Source: a virus
Virus record (IMG/VR): IMGVR_UViG_3300044712_001570
Location: 24,122 to 88,121 of that record
Strand: one strand, 5' to 3'
Length of the DNA: 64,000 nt
Below, one piece after another: positions 27,488 to 38,157 of the stretch. The notes beneath the pieces were generated by a model. That model was not told the origin of the DNA. It searched no databases and saw only the letters and a list, made by a program, of their open reading frames with translations. Position 1 is the first letter of the stretch; every line of letters starts with the position of its first letter. A program made the translations under genes and the position numbers.

Positions 27488-28240
27488 ATGATAAGAATGG
27501 AATCACTAAAAACCACGCAGGATACGTTTATCGAGATAGTGAATACCTACACTGCTTGCCCTCATTGTGTAGCCACTACTACCAACCCTAATAAATTAAC
27601 TAGGGTGCTTGAGATTCGTAGTTGCCATGAAAGGTATGCAGTAGAGAACATCACTAGAAACCCTTTATTCGTAGGTAGTAGTGATGGGAGTCGTGACTAT
27701 AGTATTCATTCCTTATCCGAAGTTAATAGACGAAGAGCACGTTCTAAAAGTGCAATAGAACCACAATCCAACTGGGTTCTAGGTATGTGTGCTGTTTCAT
27801 CGTTTAAGATATGTGGTGTAGAATACATACCTAAATGGGTTCAAAACCTATTTGATCTACATCCAACTGCAGATGATACTCGACGTATTAAGTCCATGCT
27901 TGCAAAGCGAAACATAGAGCTATTCAAGAGCCTTCTTGATAAAGATGAAACGATTCTTAAGAAGGAAGTTACTAATCCCACAACCATAACAGCTCTTACA
28001 CATAGGCCGGTTTCGATTCTTGCGGATACCTTATGGTCTACAGCTAGTATCGAACAGCTTACTGCATTCAATAGTGTTTTCTCATTATCTATGGGGGATA
28101 CAACGAACGTATGGCCAAAGAGAAACATAAAACCAGTCCTAGACTTTATCAATAATGTACTTCTTGAAAACCCTACTGTTCCGGAAGTGCTAGCTCATAT
28201 TTTGACGGTGACCCTTCGAAAGGTTCAACCAGTACGATAA
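27488..28240 (+). CDS. Opposite-strand hypothetical protein (moron-like)
   Basis: 250-aa ORF filling the gap between two baseplate genes; CPHC motif. Confidence 0.75.
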   Translation: MIRMESLKTTQDTFIEIVNTYTACPHCVATTTNPNKLTRVLEIRSCHERYAVENITRNPLFVGSSDGSRDYSIHSLSEVNRRRARSKSAIEPQSNWVLGMCAVSSFKICGVEYIPKWVQNLFDLHPTADDTRRIKSMLAKRNIELFKSLLDKDETILKKEVTNPTTITALTHRPVSILADTLWSTASIEQLTAFNSVFSLSMGDTTNVWPKRNIKPVLDFINNVLLENPTVPEVLAHILTVTLRKVQPVR

Positions 28241-29039
28241 TGGTTGCAAGACCATTCGTAGTAGTTCGCATCTGCACTTTACCCTTCTTAACACCCGGGT
28301 CTTGCGTTATCTGCTTTTCATAGTCTGCTATCTTGGTCTGTCGCTCCGAAGCAGTTAGCAACCTTTTACCAAGGTCATAGATACCAACACCCCATCCAGG
28401 TAGATGAGCAAAGCCATCTTTCTTGGTTATACCTATGCGAAGTACTCTCTTCTGCAATCCTATAGCACCGTCATCATATGCATAATCACCTGTATCATCT
28501 GCTCTGTAGGTACCTAGGTATTCATCGACATTAGGTAACCCAAGTAAAGACTTTGCTGTTTGCGGATTAGCAAAGTCTCTTCCACTAGCTTCTAATGCAC
28601 TGTTAGCAGGTTCTACCTTCTGGTGCATTGATGGGATGCTAGCAGTTGTTACAGTGAATACATATGCAAGGTTATTGGTCCATAGCCAATCTGCTTGAAG
28701 GGAATATTGGGCAGGCCATGGAGTCATAGGACGGTCTAGGTATAAGTCAATAATACTTTGACCTAAGGCATCGGTACCAACTTCAACAACGCTAACAACC
28801 GTCACAGGCCATACCGTGGACCCCTCTAGCCCTGTTGTATTAGCTACGGGTGAAACAACCCACTTAGCAGGGTAGGAAGCGTCCTCTGCATCTAAAAGGC
28901 CTGTAAAGTAGGCCGCAAAGGGCAATGTCACCCGGATCACATTCTCCCGTAATGCAATAGCATCTGCGGTACCTGTCATAGGGGTGATAGAACTTCCATC
29001 ACCCCATGGAGTGCTTCCCCATAGTGTTCCATAAGGCAT
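28173..29039 (-). CDS. gp25-like baseplate wedge/sheath initiator with N-terminal extension
   Basis: TGDY...LQKRV...T.K..FAHLPGWGVG...QDPGV pattern. Confidence 0.75.
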   Translation of the reverse strand: MPYGTLWGSTPWGDGSSITPMTGTADAIALRENVIRVTLPFAAYFTGLLDAEDASYPAKWVVSPVANTTGLEGSTVWPVTVVSVVEVGTDALGQSIIDLYLDRPMTPWPAQYSLQADWLWTNNLAYVFTVTTASIPSMHQKVEPANSALEASGRDFANPQTAKSLLGLPNVDEYLGTYRADDTGDYAYDDGAIGLQKRVLRIGITKKDGFAHLPGWGVGIYDLGKRLLTASERQTKIADYEKQITQDPGVKKGKVQMRTTTNGLATIIVLVEPFEGSPSKYELALPEQ

Positions 29040-29563
29040 TAGGGGTTCCTCGCTGTATGGCTAGACTGTTGATGCTCCGTCTTTAAAGCGTTCACCATAT
29101 TGGTATACATGTTCCACTGAGCCCATGCGACACCAGCTATTCCAACTAGTATTCCAACTAGCATAGGAACAATCCACGCTTCCCTGCTTAGCTTGGTTTT
29201 TATTCGTACAGATGCATCCTTCTCTGCAACCTTTTCTCTTTCAGCTCGTTGTGTTTCAAACTGTATGAGCTGCTTGAGATCAGTCGATTGCTCTTTGAGC
29301 ATACCTTCATGACCTTGGAGCTTGGTATCGACTGCGGATGTATGGCGTTCCCATGCCCGGAAGGTTGTTTGCATCTCGTGTTCACTCCTATCACTGACTG
29401 TCTTGGCTTCTAGCGCTTGGTCCTGTGCCCGCTTTACCTCACTACGCACATGATTCACTTCATTCGTAAGAGTATTAATGGAACTATGAAGCAGACGCAC
29501 ATCCTCCGATAAGGATTGGATTGCGTGCTGCATCTGGCATGGTTGGTCGTGATTAGGCGGCAT
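29039..29563 (-). CDS. Coiled-coil protein with C-terminal TM helix (possible lysis/holin-like)
   Basis: Coiled coil, then WIVPMLVGILVGIAGVAW. Confidence 0.6.
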   Translation of the reverse strand: MPPNHDQPCQMQHAIQSLSEDVRLLHSSINTLTNEVNHVRSEVKRAQDQALEAKTVSDRSEHEMQTTFRAWERHTSAVDTKLQGHEGMLKEQSTDLKQLIQFETQRAEREKVAEKDASVRIKTKLSREAWIVPMLVGILVGIAGVAWAQWNMYTNMVNALKTEHQQSSHTARNP

Positions 29564-29574
29564 ATGTCACCTCA

Positions 29575-32500
29575 TTATCCAAGGTCTGTTGGAGTTCCAC
29601 CACGTTTTAACCGATAGTGAATACCGCAGTTACCTATAGCGAAGTTCGCTTGTGATGTATTTAACGTCTTGGATGTTTTGAAGGTATCGCTCAGGTTAGT
29701 ACCCAAGCGAGCTAACAAAACCTTCAACCATAAACCTGCACCTGGTGTAGCTGGTGGGGCTATTGTGGCTAATGCCTTGTACTTATACTTAAATAAGTCC
29801 GCACCTGAGAATGGAATAGTTACGGATATATTCGTACTAGTCCAACCAGTGTCAGCAGGTATCTCATCACCATTCTTTGTGTAGCAATACTTTAGTAAAA
29901 AGTAGGCTACTAAATCAGTACTAGGTGGGGGTGTAGCACAAGGTGCATAATGCATATGCAACATGAGGTTCGATAGCTGGTCCCATGCATGTGGAAGTTC
30001 AAAGTTATAGGATAGATAAACATCCCTATCATGCCTTAAGTATGCAGATATTGACCCTGCTACATCTCTCCATGGTTCATAAGTTATCACGCTACTTCCA
30101 GTAGCTGCGACGAATGGGCTGACGTTATAATCTTCCCATACAGATTGAGTATTGTTTAGTATTATCCACTTAGCTAATGTTACATCATAATACAACCTAG
30201 CGGATGCATATGGGCCTAATACAATATCAGAACCTGCTGGATTAACGATTCGATTTGCGGCAGCAGAACTGGAACTAGAATGGCTTAATGTGATTGAGTA
30301 CGTAGAGTCTACATTGATGATATCTTTATAATGAAGTTTGAATCCGGTCTTTGGGTTGTAATCTTGTGGGGTAACCGCTAATAGACCTGTAATTGTTCTA
30401 TCAGCACCGTTAGTAGATACCCTAACAAGAGCAGCTGTATTCCAATCGGTGGGAGCATAATCGTTCTGATTAGCAGCAAGTGCAGTTGGAGTAATAACAG
30501 GATGCTCAGATGCAGGGTCGACCCGAGCCCTAGGGCAGCTTGCACTCCAGTTAGATGCGTTTGGTTGGCTTGGTTCTATATAAGACGAATCATCACAATA
30601 AACGGATATAACACCAGCACCGGATAGACAATCCGCACCTATTCTTGACCCATCAAGAAGATAGATACGAAGGTCTGCTGTACCTGCAGACGAAAACATA
30701 TTGGGTCCATAAAACTCGCTGCGTCTACATATGATAACAGTTCGAGCACCTGATGTAGTACTACAGTCAAAGGTTATGCGCTTATTATCTAGCTGCAAGA
30801 AGTAGCAGTTTTCAATCTCACATTCTTGTGCCATTAGATTGAAGTTGAATAACCCGCGACCATCTGGTGTAACTAGGTTATCCCTGTTAATATATAGGTT
30901 TTTAATTCCTTTAGGATTTACAAATTGTGTTGAGGAAGTACTACTAGATACTTGCTGAAACCCTAAGGTTCTATTGTTTATAGAGTTCCCACCTACAGCA
31001 CCACTAGTGGCAGACCGAACATCACCAACTAAAACACCACGTGCTTGTAGGTCCCATGTTCCAAAAGGTATCTTATATTCATCTGGTGATGGGTACATAG
31101 CACCACCATCACTTATTAGTATTTGTTGAATACCTGTAGTGGAGTTACTAAATACTGACATCAGGTTAGACCAGCTCTTATAGCTAGCACCTAGGTCGGA
31201 GTTACCAAATGTTAAATGGCTTGTAGACCAATCGTAGATAGCACCGGGTTGAAAGTACTGTTCACTATCGAACTTACTATGGCACGTCTTTTCAAGGGTA
31301 TAATACCCCATCATATCTGAGTTGATAATAGCATTAGAGTTAATAGTAGAGAATGGTTCCATTCGTATGGTGGAGCCACTACCACTACCGAGAACATCTA
31401 TACTAGATGCACTAGCAGCAGAACTTGTAGTTGGGGAACCTTGAATGGTTGTTCCTTCACCTACTACTAATGTACCTGATGTTCTTAGTCTAACTACAGG
31501 AACAATCTTAGCATCTGCTGGATTAGTTAAAAGAACACATTGTTCGAGTTTAGTAACCCCATATACATCTATAATAGGTGTGGGGGATAAGTCATCCCTA
31601 TATAGGAATAGACGTTTTACTACTATAGGGTCTCTGAATGTAGTTCTACCTTGAAGAATAGAAAGGCTAGATTCTGCACCTACTAAGGAACCCCTACTTG
31701 CAAGATTTACCGTCTCTATGGGTAAAGGAACAGTATTGGTGGATGCAGCTCCCGCACTAAATGCAATAGTTACAGGTCCATTGCTATATGTGAAAGCTCT
31801 TTTAACCTGGTTCCAATCGGAGTACTCCCCTATAGCTTGTGTAGGACAAACATTCTCCCCTACAGTGCTACTAGGTTTATATGTAACTACGGATTCAGGT
31901 ATACCCCTCATAATAGTGAGGTATCCATCTATTACACTATTCTCTGTATATATCTCACACCCACCGGGAACTGGTGAATATATACCTGTTTGCTCTATAG
32001 TTGATTTGTCACAGTATACTACTAGGGAAGGACCTTGTGGTAACCATGAGTTATTGTAATCGACCTGAACTGAATGGTCTGTAATAAGAGACCCATCTAA
32101 TACATACATCTCCATATCGTTACGGGTACCAGGATAGCCCGGGTTTTCTACCCATATCATTGGAGTATTGCCATCACTATCGATGGTAGCATTTACCATA
32201 AAGAACTTAGAGAATGGGTCAAAGACCATACGTCTTTGAGGTGTGCTTCCCCAGTCATATGCACTAGTGTTCTTAAGTACCATATTCTCAAGAACAGCTA
32301 GATTCTTAATAACAGTTAGTACGCTTACATCTAGTGTTAGTGTTGGAGAGCCTAGCTTTACCTTATCAGATATGAGCCTTACCCTCGATTCAAAATCTAA
32401 TACAATAGGCCCTGCTGTTAGGTCACCTACTGGTAGTGCTTCTGTTGCAATGGAAAAGTCTACATAGATATCGACTTGGCCATTGGTTTGGGTAAATGCA

Positions 32501-33045
32501 TCCCATACCTTCGCAAAGGTGGAGAACTGATTAAAGGTTTCAGGTTTACCAGGTGCCCATATAATAACATGTGCTCCAAACCCAGCGTATAAGTCCCTTA
32601 GTATACTATCGATAGCGGGTTTCCATCCTTGGGTTTGCCCACCATAGTTGAAGGTACTAGTTGTGGATAGGTAGCTTGGAAGCTTCCATCCTGCCCCTGG
32701 ACCCTCAATAATAAAGTCCCTATCATCATAGATAGTTGTTAGAGGATTAAATATGGGACTATCAGTATTATTTAGTATTAGTCGTATCTGAGTAGTACCA
32801 TATACTGCTAAAGGCCAGGTGAATGATGCATACGGTGTAGACCCATTAGCATCAACCAATACCTGACCTGGTGTTAGCCCACTACCAACAGGAGCATCCA
32901 TTACGATTATCTTGTAATGGGTAATATCTGTCGAAGTATCATTCTCAATCTCGACAAGGCCTCCAGCGACAGTCCCAACTAAAGCCCGCCCAGCGACTCC
33001 AATGATTGCACCTTGTTTGAACTTGATCTTTGCTATGGCTGTCAT
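29575..33045 (-). CDS. Large tail spike/fibre protein with three beta-helix-like repeats
   Basis: 1156 aa, beta-rich, internal repeats, within baseplate cluster; SD AAGGAG. Confidence 0.7.
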   Translation of the reverse strand: MTAIAKIKFKQGAIIGVAGRALVGTVAGGLVEIENDTSTDITHYKIIVMDAPVGSGLTPGQVLVDANGSTPYASFTWPLAVYGTTQIRLILNNTDSPIFNPLTTIYDDRDFIIEGPGAGWKLPSYLSTTSTFNYGGQTQGWKPAIDSILRDLYAGFGAHVIIWAPGKPETFNQFSTFAKVWDAFTQTNGQVDIYVDFSIATEALPVGDLTAGPIVLDFESRVRLISDKVKLGSPTLTLDVSVLTVIKNLAVLENMVLKNTSAYDWGSTPQRRMVFDPFSKFFMVNATIDSDGNTPMIWVENPGYPGTRNDMEMYVLDGSLITDHSVQVDYNNSWLPQGPSLVVYCDKSTIEQTGIYSPVPGGCEIYTENSVIDGYLTIMRGIPESVVTYKPSSTVGENVCPTQAIGEYSDWNQVKRAFTYSNGPVTIAFSAGAASTNTVPLPIETVNLASRGSLVGAESSLSILQGRTTFRDPIVVKRLFLYRDDLSPTPIIDVYGVTKLEQCVLLTNPADAKIVPVVRLRTSGTLVVGEGTTIQGSPTTSSAASASSIDVLGSGSGSTIRMEPFSTINSNAIINSDMMGYYTLEKTCHSKFDSEQYFQPGAIYDWSTSHLTFGNSDLGASYKSWSNLMSVFSNSTTGIQQILISDGGAMYPSPDEYKIPFGTWDLQARGVLVGDVRSATSGAVGGNSINNRTLGFQQVSSSTSSTQFVNPKGIKNLYINRDNLVTPDGRGLFNFNLMAQECEIENCYFLQLDNKRITFDCSTTSGARTVIICRRSEFYGPNMFSSAGTADLRIYLLDGSRIGADCLSGAGVISVYCDDSSYIEPSQPNASNWSASCPRARVDPASEHPVITPTALAANQNDYAPTDWNTAALVRVSTNGADRTITGLLAVTPQDYNPKTGFKLHYKDIINVDSTYSITLSHSSSSSAAANRIVNPAGSDIVLGPYASARLYYDVTLAKWIILNNTQSVWEDYNVSPFVAATGSSVITYEPWRDVAGSISAYLRHDRDVYLSYNFELPHAWDQLSNLMLHMHYAPCATPPPSTDLVAYFLLKYCYTKNGDEIPADTGWTSTNISVTIPFSGADLFKYKYKALATIAPPATPGAGLWLKVLLARLGTNLSDTFKTSKTLNTSQANFAIGNCGIHYRLKRGGTPTDLG

Positions 33046-33054
33046 CGCTACTCC

Positions 33055-33354
33055 TTAACCAAAGTTTTGGTAGTCATCATCAGGGTCCGGGTCTTGTTTA
33101 GATACTCTGCCACCACCGGGTGGAACATCTTTAGCTATATCTGTGGGGCTACTCTTTGAGCAATCCAAACCCAAGGGCATGGAAGGCATAGAAGGAAGCA
33201 CTGGTATTGGTGGAACGCTTGTAGGGGGTATTGGAAGACCAACAGGCAGCATTCCAAGACCTGGTGGAAAAGCAATACCGCAAAGCAATGACGTAGGTGT
33301 CAAGCTACTGGTTGCAGTAGAGGGGGCAGGAGCGTCCGCTATTGGTGCACTCAT
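33055..33354 (-). CDS. Pro-rich small protein after the spike gene
   Basis: Pro-rich with two Cys; in operon. Confidence 0.6.
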   Translation of the reverse strand: MSAPIADAPAPSTATSSLTPTSLLCGIAFPPGLGMLPVGLPIPPTSVPPIPVLPSMPSMPLGLDCSKSSPTDIAKDVPPGGGRVSKQDPDPDDDYQNFG

Positions 33355-33361
33355 GCAAAAG

Positions 33362-33370
33362 AGTGTAACA
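33362..33370 (-). promoter_or_regulatory. Extended -10 element, putative leaderless promoter
   Basis: TGTTACACT-N7-ATG, no SD. Confidence 0.55.
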
Positions 33371-33371
33371 G

Positions 33372-34361
33372 CTAGCCACCTAAGAGGCTAGGGCATCCAA
33401 CCCCATAGAGTCTGTTCTGTGCATTGATAGGTACTGTCAATGCAGTAGATAGGGCGGGTATTGCAAGTGTAGCTAAAGGTGATAGCCCCGTTGTGGATGC
33501 TGTCATAAACCCCGTAGCTACATCTTGGTCTATAAGGTTTGGGAGAAGAAGTGCAGCAAGCGAGGAACCAGTCAATGGTGCTGTAAGAGTGCTTATGCGG
33601 TATGCAAAAGCAAATAGTGCACCCTGCACAATATTATAGAGTTGTTCTGTCGTTAGAACATGTTGAACAGGCGCTGCGCCCTTAGCACTGAATTGAATCT
33701 CCCCATCTGTATAAAGGGTTGTTGCATTACCGTTCTTCCCTATTTGAAGCTGGCTTTTACCTGCTTGGAGAAGAACGTTTCCGCTATCGGTGGGTATCTG
33801 TATAACGGATTCACCATCTGCAGATTGAAGACCTATAACATCTGCATTCAATATAAGCAGAGCGTTATCACTATTAGATACAGTTACATTACCAGTACTA
33901 TCGAATGATATGTAAGACTTAACCTTAGAGTTTCTAATCATATAGGATTGATCGAACTCGACTACGAACGGGGCTATGTGCTTTCTAAATCCAATACGAT
34001 TCTCCTTAACCTGGATACCCGCTACCTCTTTAGGAAAAGCATCAATCTCGTTATTCAATCGACCTATAATGCAACAGTTCTTTTCATCCCCTTGTGGAAT
34101 GACGACAAGAACCTCATCACCAGAAACGAATGGGTACCATTCCCCTTCACCAAGACCAGCTAGGGAACTGCTAACCCTACATAACACTTCTAAACCAGAT
34201 GGTTGCAGTGTTACCGCAACCAGCGGTTGACCATATTGTTCATCAAAGTTTAGAGGCTCTTGACCTTCAGTAGTACGGGATACAGTCCCATAGCTAACCC
34301 ACTGCCTAGGGTCTACTCCTGGACCACCTGCCATATCGAAGATATCGTTTGCATCAATCAT
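33372..34361 (-). CDS. Baseplate central spike (gpV/gp5 OB-fold-like)
   Basis: GEWYPFVSGDEVLVVIPQGD...IIGRL motif followed by beta-strand repeats. Confidence 0.85.
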   Translation of the reverse strand: MIDANDIFDMAGGPGVDPRQWVSYGTVSRTTEGQEPLNFDEQYGQPLVAVTLQPSGLEVLCRVSSSLAGLGEGEWYPFVSGDEVLVVIPQGDEKNCCIIGRLNNEIDAFPKEVAGIQVKENRIGFRKHIAPFVVEFDQSYMIRNSKVKSYISFDSTGNVTVSNSDNALLILNADVIGLQSADGESVIQIPTDSGNVLLQAGKSQLQIGKNGNATTLYTDGEIQFSAKGAAPVQHVLTTEQLYNIVQGALFAFAYRISTLTAPLTGSSLAALLLPNLIDQDVATGFMTASTTGLSPLATLAIPALSTALTVPINAQNRLYGVGCPSLLGG

Positions 34362-36205
34362 TGGCGTTCGTCCTCTGCGAGTATTCCTGCTTTTATTGGG
34401 TCTGCTCTTACCTCGATATAGTTGATACCTTCTAGGTCAATAGAGACTTCCCCCTCTTCCCAACCAATAGAGATAGCCCTACTTTTATAGATATTTTGAA
34501 AGCCTAGGTCAGTAAATGTTTTCGTATAGGCTTGAGCTAAATCCCCATGAAACCCAAGGCTTTTCATGAAGGCTTCTCCTTGGGATTGAGATTGTAAGAA
34601 GGTATCAATCTTTGATGGTTCTGTTCCACCTTCCTTATCGTCATAGTAGGTAGAACGTACTTCGAATGTATCCCCTGCCTTCATATCAAGAATATCTGGG
34701 TCACCATTCCCACCACCTAATGAGCATAAGGAATGAGTCTTAATCTTGACGGATAGTTCTGCCCTACCAAGCATCTCATAAATAGTTTGGGCTATCACTC
34801 GTAGTGTTTTCTCGTTCTCTATTCCAGATACTCTCCATACAAGCCACTTCTCTTCCGCTCCACCATCACCGGGTACGGATGACTGGATACCTTTACCAGT
34901 GATGCGAGTGGGGAACCTTCCAACGATGGTATTCTTTCTTCGAGGTGAGTAGCACCTAACCTCAATATTAGTAGGTGCACTTCGAACGAAACTTCTTTCA
35001 ATCTTTAGGTCTTCTATGTTTCTTCCATAAAGGAAGCGCCTAAACTTCTGCCCATCGAATCTAGGCTCGAATGGGTCATCGGCACGCTTAACAGGTCTAC
35101 TTTCATCACTATAGATAGAGCGACCTCTTTGGATGATAACTGTAGTGTCGTCTACTCTACATAGTAGACCTAATGCACCACATACATCTGTCATATAATC
35201 CCAAACACTAAGCCCAGTATTAGCCCCTAATGCAAGGCTCGGAGGTGGTCCTAAGTTAGGTCTAAATGCTGTTTTAGATAGTGCATCTACAAGGCCAGGC
35301 GGTGTTTCACCATAGGGTCTATATTCAACTTTCAATCCTTGGAACTGCGGAAAGTGGCTTAGGTATTGTGCTATCGCGTAGTCGATAGGAACTCCATTCC
35401 CACCACCTATGCTTCCTGTTACTTGACCATTCTCACCATAGATTTGTATAGGTGTAGTGAGTCTTGAACCTGCTATGACCAGCTTTGCGGGAGCCTCCTG
35501 GTCAATAAGAAGCTGTGTATTATCCCTACAATCCAATCTAATAAGTGGTTCGTCTTCATTAGCCATATCGACAGCCCACTTATCCACCCAACCTATAAAC
35601 CTTCGATTCGATCGAACTACTCCGTTACCATCGGTATATGCATCAGGAACTACATTCAAAGGTTCGGATGCTCTTGTTTGACCATCCTTATTTAGCTGTC
35701 TCATCTCACCCCGAAGACCTTTTGCAAAGTCATCTGGTGAGACAGTCCCTAGGTAGTATTCAACCGCACAACTTCGAACTGTACGAGGGTCGATAGGGCA
35801 ATCAAGATAGCGAAGGGTGAGGGATAATGTATCTGCAGTCCTAATACCATTCTGTGACCAGGATGCAGAGCGAGGAATGATTCCTTCAATCTCATGGGTT
35901 AATCCGTCTTTACTTTTAACTTGTTTTTCTGGTCCTACACCTGGAAGGGGACGATTAGCATCTTGAAGAATATACCTACTCACACCTGTGGGAGCATTGG
36001 CATCTTGAACCACTTTAAGCGGTGCTCTTTTATCTTTTATACCACTTAGAACTTTAGTTGGTCGTGGTGGTACGGGGTTATCTGGGGTTGAAAAAACCCT
36101 ACGTGCTAGTTCGTCAAAACGAACAATAAGGCGCACCTTCGCACTTGGATAAAAAGATTCATCATACTCGGCGTCTGCGAGTAGTGGCGCCACCCTTTGA
36201 GACAT
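34358..36205 (-). CDS. Baseplate hub protein (gpD/gp27-like)
   Basis: FIGWVD, LDCRDNTQLLID, SVWDY, YGRNI motifs; between LysM and spike genes. Confidence 0.8.
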   Translation of the reverse strand: MSQRVAPLLADAEYDESFYPSAKVRLIVRFDELARRVFSTPDNPVPPRPTKVLSGIKDKRAPLKVVQDANAPTGVSRYILQDANRPLPGVGPEKQVKSKDGLTHEIEGIIPRSASWSQNGIRTADTLSLTLRYLDCPIDPRTVRSCAVEYYLGTVSPDDFAKGLRGEMRQLNKDGQTRASEPLNVVPDAYTDGNGVVRSNRRFIGWVDKWAVDMANEDEPLIRLDCRDNTQLLIDQEAPAKLVIAGSRLTTPIQIYGENGQVTGSIGGGNGVPIDYAIAQYLSHFPQFQGLKVEYRPYGETPPGLVDALSKTAFRPNLGPPPSLALGANTGLSVWDYMTDVCGALGLLCRVDDTTVIIQRGRSIYSDESRPVKRADDPFEPRFDGQKFRRFLYGRNIEDLKIERSFVRSAPTNIEVRCYSPRRKNTIVGRFPTRITGKGIQSSVPGDGGAEEKWLVWRVSGIENEKTLRVIAQTIYEMLGRAELSVKIKTHSLCSLGGGNGDPDILDMKAGDTFEVRSTYYDDKEGGTEPSKIDTFLQSQSQGEAFMKSLGFHGDLAQAYTKTFTDLGFQNIYKSRAISIGWEEGEVSIDLEGINYIEVRADPIKAGILAEDERQ

Positions 36206-36207
36206 GT

Positions 36208-37449
36208 TTAGGACCTCCCGCCAACCAATGCAGTATCGGCAAGCTTTGGAATAATAAGGTGCGTTCCCTCGGTCAAATCAGTCTGTGTCCATGGAAGTCG
36301 ATTGGTCTTTAGAATATCAACTACATGGTCTGGAGTCTTATAGTAGTAGACAGATAAAGAGATTGGAGTGTCCCCTTTGCGAACAGTATGGACCGCCAGG
36401 AAGGTCCCATCTGCACTATTAGAGTAGGAATCTGCATTCTCCTGTCGGAGCCCACCAACGCGGCCACGGGGGGCTTTAAAGCGGCTTTTCATCTCGGTTG
36501 CGCGCTTTGCTATCTCCACGTTTGCAGAATGTACATCAGCAAAATAGTTTGCAGCTCTAAGAAGAGAGCTAATGTTGGTCTTAGTAGAAAGCATCTCTGG
36601 AGGTACTTGGCTCACTTGGTCCCTCCAAGTGTTTGCACTATTCACAATATTAGTAGCTGTAGATATTAGCGTATTAGCAACACTTACAGGTGTTGTTGCA
36701 CCCTTGCGAGCTATATCCAGAAACCTAGTTATGCTTTGGGTTTGCCCTGTTATCTTTCGGCTAACAGCTTGTGCATACTTATCGGGTATGGAAACCATAG
36801 CCTCAAGTTGACCAAGACTCGAAAAGCTAGTTGATAGGGGAATACTAGGATTCTTAGTCTTAAGGGTTCGAAGAATACTGGTTGTATTGATTAGCTTTTG
36901 CTGCGCTACATCTAAGGCAGCAGCTGATGCATCTGCACTATCGCTACTACTAATAACAGGTGTCTTGCGAGGTTGACCCCTACTTACCCACTCAAATTCA
37001 ACATTCCAGCGTATATCGGTTATCTTTTCTGGAATGTATCCAAAGGACTTCATTCGTCCCTCACGAACAGTCCTAACAATCTCATCTGCGTTGTAGGGTA
37101 AGGCTGCACTCCATACTACTCGAAGTAATGAACCACTTATTCGTAGTGATTCCATAGCTTCAACTAGCAGGTGAGGTTCTACAATATCGGCTGTTCTTTT
37201 ACTTTCTTTCCACTTTGCAGGAGTGGATGGAAGCATGGTTCTTCGCCATACCCCTTCCCAAGTTTGGGTATGCTCCATAGGTCCCAACACTTGTTGAGTA
37301 CCTACTCCATAACCTGGGTACCATTTAGTAACTAAGCGTGTCTCACCCTTCCATTCTACTGTAGGAAAAGGCAACCCCGCACCAGTCAAAACCAGTGTGC
37401 GGGGGGAGGTAACTCCAATCTCCTCGATAGTGATAACGCTTAGGGACAT
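36208..37449 (-). CDS. Tail tube initiator/baseplate protein with C-terminal LysM
   Basis: HTVRKGDTPISLSVYYY...ILKTN...GTHLIIP LysM. Confidence 0.85.
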   Translation of the reverse strand: MSLSVITIEEIGVTSPRTLVLTGAGLPFPTVEWKGETRLVTKWYPGYGVGTQQVLGPMEHTQTWEGVWRRTMLPSTPAKWKESKRTADIVEPHLLVEAMESLRISGSLLRVVWSAALPYNADEIVRTVREGRMKSFGYIPEKITDIRWNVEFEWVSRGQPRKTPVISSSDSADASAAALDVAQQKLINTTSILRTLKTKNPSIPLSTSFSSLGQLEAMVSIPDKYAQAVSRKITGQTQSITRFLDIARKGATTPVSVANTLISTATNIVNSANTWRDQVSQVPPEMLSTKTNISSLLRAANYFADVHSANVEIAKRATEMKSRFKAPRGRVGGLRQENADSYSNSADGTFLAVHTVRKGDTPISLSVYYYKTPDHVVDILKTNRLPWTQTDLTEGTHLIIPKLADTALVGGRS

Positions 37450-38157
37450 TTATTTATAACTAGCAACAAAATCCGCTAACGACTTGGAGATAGCTTCTTT
37501 TTCTTTAGTTTTCTTTTCAGCTTCTTCCTTAGCCTTTTTCTTTTCCTTAGCATCCATCTCTGCATCAATAACAGGCTCTTCTTCGGTATCTAATGTGGAT
37601 GCATCGGTATCTAAAGACTCAAGAAACTTATCAATACCATCCCCAACCTTTTCAAGTACTTCATCAACCACTTCACTACCTAAAGAATTAATATCTTGGA
37701 GTAGCGAGGATGCTTCTTGAATAGCGGATATGACTTCATCCGCTGCTGCTGGAGTCTCAAGTGTAGGTGGAGCTTCTTCATCATCGTGTAGCTCAGTACC
37801 TAGCTCCTCCTCTGCATCTTGTACTTCAGGGGATTCATTTTGCATATCTTCGGGGGACTCTATGAGTTCTTCCTCTTTAGCAGTATCTACGAGATCGGAT
37901 TCCTCCCTCGTAAGTTCACCACCACCCGCTAGTTTTTCTACAAGGTCAGGAAGTGCTTCATGTCCGGGTGAACCTTCATCTGTCAAAGGAAGTCCGTCCT
38001 CTTCCTCTGCATCCTCTTCATCCTTCTTTTTCTTTTTATCTTCTTCTTCGTCAGCCTCTTCCTCTTCGTCCTCTTCGAGGTCCTTCTTATCTTCTTCGTC
38101 TTCGTCGAGTTCACCTTTGGCTTTTTTGCTGACGTATTGTGCGAGTGCTTTGGGCAT
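37450..38157 (-). CDS. Highly acidic hypothetical protein (ORF track start 38169)
   Basis: SD GGAGG before ATG 38157; long Asp/Glu runs. Confidence 0.8.
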   Translation of the reverse strand: MPKALAQYVSKKAKGELDEDEEDKKDLEEDEEEEADEEEDKKKKKDEEDAEEEDGLPLTDEGSPGHEALPDLVEKLAGGGELTREESDLVDTAKEEELIESPEDMQNESPEVQDAEEELGTELHDDEEAPPTLETPAAADEVISAIQEASSLLQDINSLGSEVVDEVLEKVGDGIDKFLESLDTDASTLDTEEEPVIDAEMDAKEKKKAKEEAEKKTKEKEAISKSLADFVASYK

